Source of the DNA: Candidatus Firestoneibacteriota bacterium
Lineage (GTDB): Bacteria > Oederibacteriota > D2-FULL-39-29 > JBBTED01
Assembly (NCBI GenBank): GCA_038042445.1
Contig: JBBTED010000033.1
Location: 1 to 45,347, forward strand
Reading direction: 5' to 3'
DNA length: 45,347 nt
Shown: positions 28,735-37,837 of the stretch, piece by piece
How the letters are laid out: each line of letters starts with the position of its first letter
Numbering within the stretch: position 1 is the stretch's first letter
Translations under genes and position numbers: made by a program
Notes under the pieces: model-generated
The model's database searches: none
What the model was told of the DNA's origin: nothing
What the model saw: only the letters and a program-made list of their open reading frames with translations

Positions 28735-29374
28735 TGTTTCCTCCTCTTTTTATACTATTAACTAATAATTTTACTGCTATTGCTGAATCTTTTGCTTCAG
28801 ATATTGCAGAAATTACTGCAATGCCATTTGCTCCAGCATTTAAAATCTTATTTATATTATCCAAATTTATACCTCCAATTGCAATGATTGGTTTTGTAAT
28901 TTTTTGTTTTAAAATTTTAATCATCTTTGTTCCAACTGGTTCAGGTAAACCAAATTTTGTGTTAGTTAAAAATAGAGGGCCTATTGCAATATAATCAACA
29001 TCAGATTTTTCAGTTTCTAATGCTTGTTTTAATGTATGACATGATTTACCAACTATTTTTTTATTGCCAAAAATCTTACGAGCTATTGATATTGGTAAAT
29101 CATCTTGACCAAGATGCACTCCATCAGCATTAGAGGCCAAAGCAATATCTACTCTATCATTTATCAAAAATTTTATGTCTTTTGTAGTTATAAGTTTACG
29201 CAACATTATAGCCAATTCAAAAAAATCTTTATCTGTTCCAGTTTTTTTCCTCAATTGCAAAATTTTTGCACCATTAGATATCGCTGCTTTTGCAATATCT
29301 AAAACTTTTTGGGTTTTAGATATATCAGCATTTAAAATAACATAAAGAAATGGAGTTTTAGGAAAATAATTCAT
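28727..29374 (-). CDS. thiE: Thiamine-phosphate synthase
   Basis: QLRKK, INDRVDIA, GVHLGQDD and AIGGI motifs. Start at MNYFPK. Confidence 0.92.
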   Translation of the reverse strand: MNYFPKTPFLYVILNADISKTQKVLDIAKAAISNGAKILQLRKKTGTDKDFFELAIMLRKLITTKDIKFLINDRVDIALASNADGVHLGQDDLPISIARKIFGNKKIVGKSCHTLKQALETEKSDVDYIAIGPLFLTNTKFGLPEPVGTKMIKILKQKITKPIIAIGGINLDNINKILNAGANGIAVISAISEAKDSAIAVKLLVNSIKRGGNNE

Positions 29375-29792
29375 AGAAAAATTCCTTTTCAAGTGTATAA
29401 ACTTTAAACCGCATTTTTTTAAATGCAAAACTTTGCTTAGAAGAAATAAGTTTTGAAAATTCTTCTAATACTCTTAAACTTTCCTGGATACGACGTAAAT
29501 TTGCAAAAGCTATGTCTTTAATATCCTCTCTTTTATTTTCATAAAATGTTTTTTGATTGTATCCTACATCATTTAAACTATTTCGTGCACTTAAAAGATT
29601 TTTTTTTGATATATTAAGATTATCAAATGTTTTTGTTAATAGATGTCTAATACCGCGTAGTGTAGCAGTTATATTTGAATCTTCTTTGAAAAATCTGGCG
29701 ATTTCTTCTACAACCCGTAATCCTTCACGTGTTCGATTAAAATTTGCATCTATAATTCTATAGATTTTATTCCAATTGATTTTATTTTCCAT
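29358..29792 (-). CDS. ThiD2-like protein (stand-alone N-terminal domain of long ThiE)
   Basis: RIIDANFNRTREGLRVVEE, RH, ESLRVLEE and RFKVYTLEK motifs. Confidence 0.85.
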   Translation of the reverse strand: MENKINWNKIYRIIDANFNRTREGLRVVEEIARFFKEDSNITATLRGIRHLLTKTFDNLNISKKNLLSARNSLNDVGYNQKTFYENKREDIKDIAFANLRRIQESLRVLEEFSKLISSKQSFAFKKMRFKVYTLEKEFFYELFS

Positions 29793-29967
29793 ATCTTCTT
29801 GTATCCATTTTTTTTCCGATTATATAACCAACACCTATAAAAACTACAATTATAATAAGTTTGAGAAAACCAAAAATTATAAAAAACAAACTAACGAAAA
29901 AAGCCAAAATAGGTATAACTATTCTCCAGAAATACCTGATAAATAGTTTAATATTATTCTCTTCCAT
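29782..29967 (-). CDS. Small membrane protein, DUF2273-like
   Basis: Hydrophobic, with FGFLK and GYIIGKKMD; downstream of amaP. Confidence 0.7.
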   Translation of the reverse strand: MEENNIKLFIRYFWRIVIPILAFFVSLFFIIFGFLKLIIIVVFIGVGYIIGKKMDTRRYGK

Positions 29968-29987
29968 TGTTCGTCCCTAACAAAGTT

Positions 29988-30010
29988 CGCAGGCTAAAGC
30001 CTGCGACTAC
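29988..30010. repeat. Single REP (family A)
   Basis: CGCAGGCTAAAGCCTGCGACTAC, identical to 41094-41116. Confidence 0.85.
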
Positions 30011-30031
30011 CAAAGCGATGATTCGTGTCAT

Positions 30032-30619
30032 TTAATGATAAACAAGACCACCGAATTGTTCTTTTGAATCTTTATTTTCACGATACAGGATTTTTTCAAT
30101 AAATACTCTTATATCTCCTACTTTTTCTATGCCTAATGTATTTTGAATATGCCTTTTTATTGCATCCTGAATATCCTGTGTCATCTCATGAACATTGCTA
30201 TCAGACCACAGACTTACTTTGACATATATTTTTAATCCTGCTTTTCTCACATAAACTTTTGGTCTTATTTCTTTTACACCTTTAATTTTTCCCTTTAACA
30301 TTTTTATAAAATCTTCAATAGCACCAAGTGAAACTTTAACCTCTCCATAAGGACTTTTCAAAATAACAGTGCGCTCTCTTCGTCTAAATTTTATTGAAGA
30401 AACTATAAATGCGACACAAAACAATAATAATATAATTGAAAGTGTAAGTGTTATAATTCGCAAAGTTAAATCTGTATAAATAACTGTTAAAACATCATTC
30501 ACAAATATTTTTATCCATTGATTTGAAGTTTCGTTAAAACCAGCTAATGCACCCTCAATTGAGAAAATCAGCAAAATAATTGCACTGATATACATTAATA
30601 ATTTTCGTAAAATTTGCAT
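30032..30619 (-). CDS. Alkaline shock response membrane anchor AmaP-like protein
   Basis: Two N-terminal TMs, then GEVKVSLGAIE...GVKEIRPKV (Asp23-like fold). Confidence 0.75.
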   Translation of the reverse strand: MQILRKLLMYISAIILLIFSIEGALAGFNETSNQWIKIFVNDVLTVIYTDLTLRIITLTLSIILLLFCVAFIVSSIKFRRRERTVILKSPYGEVKVSLGAIEDFIKMLKGKIKGVKEIRPKVYVRKAGLKIYVKVSLWSDSNVHEMTQDIQDAIKRHIQNTLGIEKVGDIRVFIEKILYRENKDSKEQFGGLVYH

Positions 30620-30640
30620 AATTTGTTCCTCCCCGAAAAA

Positions 30641-30684
30641 ATCCCCCCTACCCCCCTTTATTAAAGGGGGGATTAAGGGAGGTT
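30641..30684. repeat. G/C-tract palindromic element (possible terminator)
   Basis: CCCCCCTTT-ATT-AAAGGGGGG hairpin inside imperfect ATCCCCCCTA/TAAGGGAGGTT arms. Confidence 0.6.
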
Positions 30685-31603
30685 ACTTTTTAAAAAATTC
30701 GACTGTTTCTTTAAATCCCTGTTTTAAAGAAACTGATGGCTTCCAGTTTAAACCCATATAAATCTTTTTATATGATAATACACTTTTCCTTAAATCGCCT
30801 GCACGCGGTGGGCCATATTTTGCAGGATGCTTAAAGCCAATTATCTCTGAAAGAAGTTTAAATAATTGGTTTACATCTGTTCCAATAGTCGTTCCCACAT
30901 TATAAGCGCCTATAACATCTTTTTCCAATGCTAAAAGATTTGCACAAGCTATATCCTTACAAAAAACATAATCACGAATATATTTACCATCACCATTTAT
31001 AATAGGTATTTCATCTGCAAGCATTTTTTTTGAAAATATTGCAACAACTCCAGCTTCTCCATGAGGATCCTGTCTTGGTCCATATACATTTCCGTATCTT
31101 AAACTAACATATTTTAATCCATATTCTTTATTATAAAAATCAAGGTAGAAATCCACTGCTGCTTTTGTAATTCCATAAGGTGAAAAAGGACTTAAAGGTA
31201 AATTTTCACTTACTGGAAGCTTTTCTGTTCTACCATATACAGTTCCTCCAGATGAAGCAAAAATAATTTTTTTCATTTTATATTTAATACAATTCTGTAA
31301 TAAATTTAATGAGCCAAGAACATTAACTTTTGCATCAAAAATAGGATCTTTTGCAGAATATGACACACTTATCTGAGCAGCATGATGATTCACTACATCA
31401 AAATTTTCTTTTTTAAAAATTTTTTTGAGTTCATCTGTATCTTTATATATATCTATTGTATAAAGCTTAGCTTTTTGATTTAGATTTTCTTTTTTGCCAG
31501 TAGAAAAATTATCTACAACTACTACCTGATGTCCTTTTTCTACATATAAATCAACAATATGTGAAGCAATAAATCCTGCACCGCCTGTAACTAATATTTT
31601 CAT
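30683..31603 (-). CDS. NAD-dependent epimerase/dehydratase (UDP-glucose 4-epimerase-like)
   Basis: TGGAGFIAS, YGITK, LRYGNVYGPRQ and RDYV motifs. Confidence 0.92.
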   Translation of the reverse strand: MKILVTGGAGFIASHIVDLYVEKGHQVVVVDNFSTGKKENLNQKAKLYTIDIYKDTDELKKIFKKENFDVVNHHAAQISVSYSAKDPIFDAKVNVLGSLNLLQNCIKYKMKKIIFASSGGTVYGRTEKLPVSENLPLSPFSPYGITKAAVDFYLDFYNKEYGLKYVSLRYGNVYGPRQDPHGEAGVVAIFSKKMLADEIPIINGDGKYIRDYVFCKDIACANLLALEKDVIGAYNVGTTIGTDVNQLFKLLSEIIGFKHPAKYGPPRAGDLRKSVLSYKKIYMGLNWKPSVSLKQGFKETVEFFKK

Positions 31604-31611
31604 ATTTTTAT

Positions 31612-32520
31612 TTATGCACGAGGATGAAACTTCCTGTGCACCTCCTTTAGTCTATCTCTATCTACGTGAGTATATATTTGTGTAGTTGAAATATTGCTAT
31701 GTCCCAACAACTCTTGCACTATCCTTAAATCTGCACCATGTTGTAAAAGATGCGTAGCAAAAGAATGACGCAGAGTATGTGGTGTTATATTTTTTTTTAT
31801 ACCTGTGTTTTTAATGTGTTTTTTTAATGCCTTCCACATCCCTACTCTTGAGAATTTTCTGCCGAATCTATTTAAAAATAGTACTTCTTCTTGCAACAGA
31901 ATTTCCGATTTCTCTTTCACAAACTTCTGTCTTATTACAAAATATTTCTCCATCCAACCCAATGCAATCTTCCCTACAGGAACTATACGTTCTTTAGAAC
32001 CTTTACCTTTGCATTTAATATACCCCTCATTTGAATTAATATCAACTAATTTTAATGATATTAATTCAGATATTCGTAGTCCTGTTGCATATAGAAGTTC
32101 CAATACAGCTCTATCCCTGATTCCGTTGTCCGTAGTAGTATTGGGTTGTTCTAAAAGCACTAAAACTTCCGCTTCAGTCAAAACATTCGGTAACTTCTTC
32201 CACAATTTTGGAGTATCAATACTAATTGTAGGATCATACTTTAAATATTCCTCAGCATTTAAAAATTTATAAAAAGTTCTTAGTGCTGCAAGTTTTCTGG
32301 CAATAGAAGTTGGTGCAAATTTTTCCTTAAGCAAAAACAAAAAATTGGTAATATCATTTGGTTTTACGCTACCCAATGTTTTTATTTTATTAGCATCTAA
32401 ATAGCGAAAATATCTTTTAATATCTATTCTATATGCATCAGTAGTATTTTTAGGAAATCCACGTTCTAATGCTAAAAATGTCATAAAATCAGAAAGCGCT
32501 TTTTTATCAGTTTCGTTCAT
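31612..32520 (-). CDS. xerD: Site-specific tyrosine recombinase XerD
   Basis: LYATGLRISEL, GKGSKER, HTLRHSFATHLL, LLGHSNISTTQIYTH and terminal HPRA. Confidence 0.92.
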   Translation of the reverse strand: MNETDKKALSDFMTFLALERGFPKNTTDAYRIDIKRYFRYLDANKIKTLGSVKPNDITNFLFLLKEKFAPTSIARKLAALRTFYKFLNAEEYLKYDPTISIDTPKLWKKLPNVLTEAEVLVLLEQPNTTTDNGIRDRAVLELLYATGLRISELISLKLVDINSNEGYIKCKGKGSKERIVPVGKIALGWMEKYFVIRQKFVKEKSEILLQEEVLFLNRFGRKFSRVGMWKALKKHIKNTGIKKNITPHTLRHSFATHLLQHGADLRIVQELLGHSNISTTQIYTHVDRDRLKEVHRKFHPRA

Positions 32521-33097
32521 TACCTATTGTAGATTCATGTCCATGTCCTGGATATATTATAACAGCATTATCAAAAAACATAAGCTTTTGATTTATAGAT
32601 TTAATCAATAATTCGTGTGAGCCTCCTGGAAAATCAGTTCTACCAATTCCATTTGCAAACAGAGTGTCACCTGTAAAAATACCGATAAGCTTATTATCTT
32701 CAGAGTATTTTATTGAGATTGAACCCTGGCTATGCCCCGGAGTATGCAATATTTCCAGTTTGATTTTTCCAAATTCAATAATATCTCCATCTTTAACAAA
32801 ATTGTTTTGGGAATATTTAAACCGTATAAATCCAGAAAAAACTTTCAAATCTAAATCAGAAAAAAATAATTGAGCAATACTATTTTTTTTCATTAAATTA
32901 CATACTGCACCAACATGATCAAAATGTAAATGTGTAAGTAATATATACTTTAAATTTAAGTTGTTTTTTTCTACAACTTTTAATATTTCCTCAAGTTCAT
33001 CCCCTGGATCTATTATTGTAGTATCTTTAGACTCTTTGTCCCATACTACATAACAATTTGTCTCTAAATTTCCCACAGCAATTGTAGTAAATGGCAT
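32507..33097 (-). CDS. MBL-fold metallo-hydrolase (glyoxalase II-like)
   Basis: THLHFDHVG, TPGHS, TGDTLF, GRTD and PGHG motifs. Confidence 0.9.
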   Translation of the reverse strand: MPFTTIAVGNLETNCYVVWDKESKDTTIIDPGDELEEILKVVEKNNLNLKYILLTHLHFDHVGAVCNLMKKNSIAQLFFSDLDLKVFSGFIRFKYSQNNFVKDGDIIEFGKIKLEILHTPGHSQGSISIKYSEDNKLIGIFTGDTLFANGIGRTDFPGGSHELLIKSINQKLMFFDNAVIIYPGHGHESTIGNERN

Positions 33098-33104
33098 AAT
33101 TTTT

Positions 33105-33168
33105 TGTAGTGTTGGCTTTGTAGAGAACGGTTTGAAACCGTTCCCTACAAATACAAAGCCAACTGCTA
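33105..33168. repeat. Nested GTAG-type palindromes
   Basis: Inner GTAGAGAACGGTTT-G-AAACCGTTCCCTAC within outer arms GTTGGCTTTGT/ACAAAGCCAAC. Confidence 0.7.
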
Positions 33169-33172
33169 ATCC

Positions 33173-33241
33173 TTATTTCTTTTTAGCTGTTTTCTTTGTT
33201 GTTTTCTTGCCTTTTGCATTACTTGTTGTGCAACATCCCAT
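33173..33241 (-). CDS. 22-aa small basic protein MGCCTTSNAKGKKTTKKTAKKK
   Basis: AAGGAGG (33257-33251) lies 9 nt before the ATG and immediately after the upstream gene's stop. Confidence 0.6.
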   Translation of the reverse strand: MGCCTTSNAKGKKTTKKTAKKK

Positions 33242-33257
33242 TTTTCATCCCCTCCTT

Positions 33258-34829
33258 TTAATTCTCCTTTGTTAAAAGTTTCAAAAATACTCTAACTAAA
33301 TTTTCATCAAACTGACTTCCAGCACATTTCTCTAATTCAATAAGTGCAAGTTTTTTACCCAAAGATTTCCTGTATACTCTATCTGACATCATTACATCAT
33401 AAGCATCGGTAATTGCAAGGATTCTTGAACACAATGGAATTTCTTCTCCCTTTAATCCATCAGGATACCCTTTACCATCATATCTCTCGTGATGATGTCT
33501 AACCATTTTGCGAGCATTATCCATAAAAGAAGTATGCTTAAGTATATTTTCGCCCTCTTCTATATGACGCTTAATTTTTTCATATTGTTCAGGTGTTAAC
33601 TTTCCGGGTTTATTCAATATATCTTCTTCTATTCCTATTTTGCCTACATCATGAAGTAATGCAGCAAAATGCAAATCTTCTCTTTCTAAATCTAATAATT
33701 TCAGTTCATCTGCTATTAACAATGAATATTTCACTACATTTTCTACATGACCTCGTGTATATTTATCTTTTGCTTCAATTGCTGCAGCAAGAGCTTCTAC
33801 AGTACTAAGATATGCAGTTTTAATCTCTCCATAGAATTTTGCTTTTTCAATTGCAATTGCAACTAAATTTGCATAACTGATAATTGTTTCAAGTTGTGCT
33901 TCTGTAAATGCTTTCCCATCAATCCTGTGTGTAAAATTCAAAACTCCAATTGTGGATTTACTTGTTAAAGCTACATTTAAAGCATAAGGAGTCTGATAAC
34001 GTAAATTTAATGGAGCAACTATAAAAGAACCTGGTTTGTTTATTATTTCAAATCGTCTGTCTGTTTTTCCTTCTTTACTCGTTTTTATCAATATTGGTTC
34101 TCCTGTTTTCCACACCCATCCAGAAACTCCCTCTCCAAGTTGCCTTTTCTGACCAATAATTGATTTATCAGTGCTTTCTTTAACTTCCAAATACATATTA
34201 TTTTTTTTATCTTTTTCAACAATCATTATAGAAACCCCTTTACATCCAAGTATTTCTACACCATGAGAAACAATCATTTGATAAATACTAGCAAGATCAT
34301 TAGTTTTATTCATTTCCCTAACTACTTCATTAACCAAGGAAAGCTCTTTATGTTTTTGTTCAAGGTGTAATGCTGCCCCACAATATTCTGCAAGCATTAT
34401 TGCCAAATCAAGATTTTCTTTTATGAATTTTCCACCACCAATTTTATTATTAATATTAACAATTGCAATTGTTTCTCCATCATCAATTATTGGAACAACA
34501 AGTGAACTTCTGTATCGAGTAGGATCTGTTTGGACATTAATATCAGGATATTGCTTTTTTAGATCCTTCATATCATTTATTAAAAGTGGCTTTTGGGTTA
34601 AAGCAACAAGCCCTGCAATACTCTCTCCAATTTTTATCCGAGTGTTTTTTATAACTTCTTTTTTTAATTTATCCTCAGGTTTTGCAGAATATGCAACTTT
34701 TATATAAAATTCTTCTGTAACCATATCTTTAACCATTAATGAACCTCTTTCTGCACTAAGGTCATCTACAGCTTTTTTTAAAACATTCTCCAAATGATTT
34801 TCCGTCCACCTAATATCAATATTTGCCAT
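33258..34829 (-). CDS. GAF-GAF-HD-GYP cyclic-dinucleotide phosphodiesterase
   Basis: Two GAF domains; AKDKYTRGH, LHDVGK and HHERYDGKGYP motifs. Confidence 0.92.
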   Translation of the reverse strand: MANIDIRWTENHLENVLKKAVDDLSAERGSLMVKDMVTEEFYIKVAYSAKPEDKLKKEVIKNTRIKIGESIAGLVALTQKPLLINDMKDLKKQYPDINVQTDPTRYRSSLVVPIIDDGETIAIVNINNKIGGGKFIKENLDLAIMLAEYCGAALHLEQKHKELSLVNEVVREMNKTNDLASIYQMIVSHGVEILGCKGVSIMIVEKDKKNNMYLEVKESTDKSIIGQKRQLGEGVSGWVWKTGEPILIKTSKEGKTDRRFEIINKPGSFIVAPLNLRYQTPYALNVALTSKSTIGVLNFTHRIDGKAFTEAQLETIISYANLVAIAIEKAKFYGEIKTAYLSTVEALAAAIEAKDKYTRGHVENVVKYSLLIADELKLLDLEREDLHFAALLHDVGKIGIEEDILNKPGKLTPEQYEKIKRHIEEGENILKHTSFMDNARKMVRHHHERYDGKGYPDGLKGEEIPLCSRILAITDAYDVMMSDRVYRKSLGKKLALIELEKCAGSQFDENLVRVFLKLLTKEN

Positions 34830-34843
34830 AATTTTTTAAAAAA

Positions 34844-36628
34844 TTACCCCACTGATAAATTTATTCCATCTTTTGATTCATTGTATTTTTTTACAATATT
34901 TATTAATGCAGAAGCAATTTTAGGGTCGAATTGATCCCCTGAATGTTTTTCAATTTCTTTCAATGCAACTTCTACACTTAATGGTTCACGATATGGACGT
35001 TTTGATGTCATAGCATCAAATGTATCTGCTACAGCTAAAATACGGGCAACAATTGGAATATCTTCTTTACTTAATCTGTCAGGATAACCTTTTCCATCAT
35101 ATCTTTCATGATGATGCAAAATTCCAGGAGTTGATTCTTTTAAAAAATCAAGAGGTTTAATTATTTCTGCGCCCTTAGAAGAATGTAATTCTATATCAGC
35201 ACGTTCAGATATTGTAAGTTTTCCGGGTTTCAGCAAAATTTCATCACGGACACCTACCTTGCCAATATCATGTAATCTACCTGCATATTTTATTGCCTGA
35301 ATTTGTCTCTCAGGCAACTTAAGTTCCTTTGATATTGCCAAAGCATATTCTGTAACCCGTTCAGAATGCCCTCGTGTATATGGATCTCTTGCTTCTACAG
35401 CCAAAGCTAATGTCTGAATTGTATCAAAATAATTCTTGTGCATGTTTTCATACAACCGGGCATTATTTATAGCAATAGCACATTCACTTGCAAATGTTGA
35501 AAGAAGTTGAATTTCTGTATTACTAAACTCATGTTTTTCAGTTTTATAAACAGTCAAAACTCCTATCATTTCATTTTTATTAAGTATTGGAACACATAGT
35601 ATTGAATTAATTCCTTCTTTAATCGCTAAATTAGAAAATTTATATCTTATATCTTCTTTAACATTGGATACAGCAATAGGATTTTTTTCTTTTGCAACTC
35701 TTCCTGCTATACTTTCACCAACTTTAATTGGGCCTATTTGTAAATATTTTTCACTCAAACCTGCACTTGCCTGAACATACAATTCCTGTTTTTCATAATC
35801 CAAAAGTCTTAGTGAACAAATCGGGGTTTTCATTATTTCTATTGTTTTATTTATTATCATTTGCAATACTTCCTGTAAATTTAAAGTTGAGATAACTGCC
35901 TGGCTTATTTCAAGAATCGTTTCAAGTTCACGAGCTCTCTGACATATTTCTCCATACATTTTTGCATTTTCAATTACAATAGCAGATTGATTTGCAATAA
36001 CTGCAAGACAAGCCCAATCATCTTCATTAAATATCTCTGCATTTGATTTTGAAGTTACATTTAAAACTCCTATCATTTCATTTTTAAATTTAAGTGGTAC
36101 GCTTATCAATGAATGTCCTTTATAAACAGGATTAGAAGTTGCTTTAAAACGTGTATCTTTATTTATGTCCGGAATAAAAAGCATTTTTCCTGTTTTAGCA
36201 ACCCAGCCTGATATGTTTTCGCCTAACTTTATTACTGTGTTTTTTACCACATCATCAGATAAACCTTTTGCAGCTTTTATCCGTAATTCATTTTTATTTT
36301 TGTCCAAAAGCATTATAGAAATAACTTCTGCCTGCATTAATTTCATTGTGCGATCTACTATTAGATTTAATGCTTCCTGCAATGTCAAAAATGAAGTAAT
36401 ACCATTGCTTATGTCAGATAATGCAGATAATGGAATTTTTTCACCAAGCAATCCTTTTTTTATACGCGAAAAAACGCTTTGACTTAATTCACGAAAAGAA
36501 TCTGGAAAAATTAGATTAGTAAGAATTGTAAGTTCTTTTGTGGCTTTTCTCCACTTGAATAAAAAAAATAATATTGCAACAATAGATATTGTTACAATAA
36601 ATATTAATTGGAAATCTGTTAATTTCAT
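34844..36628 (-). CDS. Membrane-anchored GAF-GAF-HD-GYP phosphodiesterase
   Basis: N-terminal TM and two GAFs; ARDPYTRGHS, LHDIGK and HHERYDGKGYP motifs. Confidence 0.92.
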   Translation of the reverse strand: MKLTDFQLIFIVTISIVAILFFLFKWRKATKELTILTNLIFPDSFRELSQSVFSRIKKGLLGEKIPLSALSDISNGITSFLTLQEALNLIVDRTMKLMQAEVISIMLLDKNKNELRIKAAKGLSDDVVKNTVIKLGENISGWVAKTGKMLFIPDINKDTRFKATSNPVYKGHSLISVPLKFKNEMIGVLNVTSKSNAEIFNEDDWACLAVIANQSAIVIENAKMYGEICQRARELETILEISQAVISTLNLQEVLQMIINKTIEIMKTPICSLRLLDYEKQELYVQASAGLSEKYLQIGPIKVGESIAGRVAKEKNPIAVSNVKEDIRYKFSNLAIKEGINSILCVPILNKNEMIGVLTVYKTEKHEFSNTEIQLLSTFASECAIAINNARLYENMHKNYFDTIQTLALAVEARDPYTRGHSERVTEYALAISKELKLPERQIQAIKYAGRLHDIGKVGVRDEILLKPGKLTISERADIELHSSKGAEIIKPLDFLKESTPGILHHHERYDGKGYPDRLSKEDIPIVARILAVADTFDAMTSKRPYREPLSVEVALKEIEKHSGDQFDPKIASALINIVKKYNESKDGINLSVG

Positions 36629-37551
36629 AGAAATGAAATTCTTCTCTTCCTTTCTTGTGAAGCTTCATCTGGTTTTTTTGTTTTTTGTTCAGGAGCAACT
36701 TCATCAATTTTATCTTTTACTTCTTGAGTAGATTGATTTAATCCTAAATCAACACTAACCTGTTCAATAATTTTTACATCTATCACTTCTTTATTTTGCA
36801 TAAATCCTTCCAGAAGTGCATTTTCACAGATTCCATTAATTAAACGTGGAATACCACGTGAAAACTTATGCATTATAGGAAAAACATCATCTGTAAAAAT
36901 ATCTTTTTCACAACAAGCGATTTTTAAACGATGCTTCACGTAACCTGCAATTGAGTCAACTGTAAAAGTCTGCAAAGTAAGCTTTAAACCAATTCGAGAT
37001 ACTAAAGGAGGATCTAAAGCCATAAATTTATCAAGTTCTGGAGGACCAAATAATGCAATATTTAAAAGCTTACGACTTTCCACTTCAACATTTAAAAGAC
37101 CGCGTAATTCTTCATAAATTCCCCGGTTCTGAAACATATGTGCTTCATCTACAAGGACAATAGCTTTTTTTCCCTGTGAATCTATTTCAGTGATTTTTCT
37201 GCATATTTGTGAAATTAATCCGGTTTTATCTTCTACAGGTGTAGATACACCTAATGATTTTGCAATTGATTTCAACATCCATGTAGCAGTTATTTCATGA
37301 TGTATCACAATAAATAAAGACGCTTCATACTTATCTTCTTCATCTGTGAGCATATCCAATAGTTTTCTGCTCAAAAATGTTTTACCAACACCAATATCTC
37401 CAATAATTACAGCAAGACCCTTTGAACCATCAACTGCATCCTTAACTTTTGCAAGTGCAGTCATATGCTGTTCATCAGGATAAAAAAACTTTGGGTCAGG
37501 AGTAATTGTAAATGGTCTTTCTTTTATTCCATAAAACTTTTCATATCCCAT
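36625..37551 (-). CDS. ExeA-like AAA+ ATPase (paralog 2)
   Basis: GDIGVGKT, LVDEAH and GIPRLIN motifs; colinear with paralog 1 plus a charged tail. Confidence 0.88.
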   Translation of the reverse strand: MGYEKFYGIKERPFTITPDPKFFYPDEQHMTALAKVKDAVDGSKGLAVIIGDIGVGKTFLSRKLLDMLTDEEDKYEASLFIVIHHEITATWMLKSIAKSLGVSTPVEDKTGLISQICRKITEIDSQGKKAIVLVDEAHMFQNRGIYEELRGLLNVEVESRKLLNIALFGPPELDKFMALDPPLVSRIGLKLTLQTFTVDSIAGYVKHRLKIACCEKDIFTDDVFPIMHKFSRGIPRLINGICENALLEGFMQNKEVIDVKIIEQVSVDLGLNQSTQEVKDKIDEVAPEQKTKKPDEASQERKRRISFL

Positions 37552-37574
37552 ATATATACTCGCTCCTTATTTTT

Positions 37575-37659
37575 TGGTGCCGGGGGCGGGACTTGAACCC
37601 GCATGCCTTACGGCATACGCCCCTCAAACGTACGTGTCTGCCAATTCCACCACCCCGGC
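37575..37659 (-). tRNA. tRNA-Leu(GAG)
   Basis: GCCGGGG acceptor stem, anticodon loop TTGAGGG, long variable arm, GTTCAAGTC T-loop and encoded CCA; 85 nt. Confidence 0.96.
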
Positions 37660-37687
37660 ATAAGAAATTTTTAATTTATTTATTTTA

Positions 37688-37716
37688 ATCATACCATAAA
37701 ATATATGTGTTGTAAA
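37688..37716 (-). promoter_or_regulatory. Sigma70 promoter for tRNA-Leu
   Basis: TTTACA-17 nt-TATGAT with an extended TGn. Confidence 0.55.
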
Positions 37717-37785
37717 TTATAAAAACTTTTTGTGGAGTTTCTCCTTTGCGAAATCCCATGAGGAACGTAAGCTTTGCTTTTTTAA

Positions 37786-37808
37786 GCAGAGCTTCGCTCT
37801 GCAGCTAC
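37786..37808. repeat. GTAG-type REP (family C)
   Basis: The minus strand reads GTAGCT-GCAGAGC-GAA-GCTCTGC. A degenerate partner lies at about 37767-37777. Confidence 0.65.
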
Positions 37809-37837
37809 AATCAATTTAAAGGATAATATTTTCTTAA

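Noticed and set aside
31612..32520. Integron or prophage integrase
   Set aside because: It is a typical XerD in a housekeeping context with no IntI-specific insertion, and the palindromes lack attC RYYYAAC/GTTRRRY ends.
37575..37659. tRNA-Leu as an island attachment site
   Set aside because: I saw no duplicate of its 3' end and no adjacent integrase in the window.
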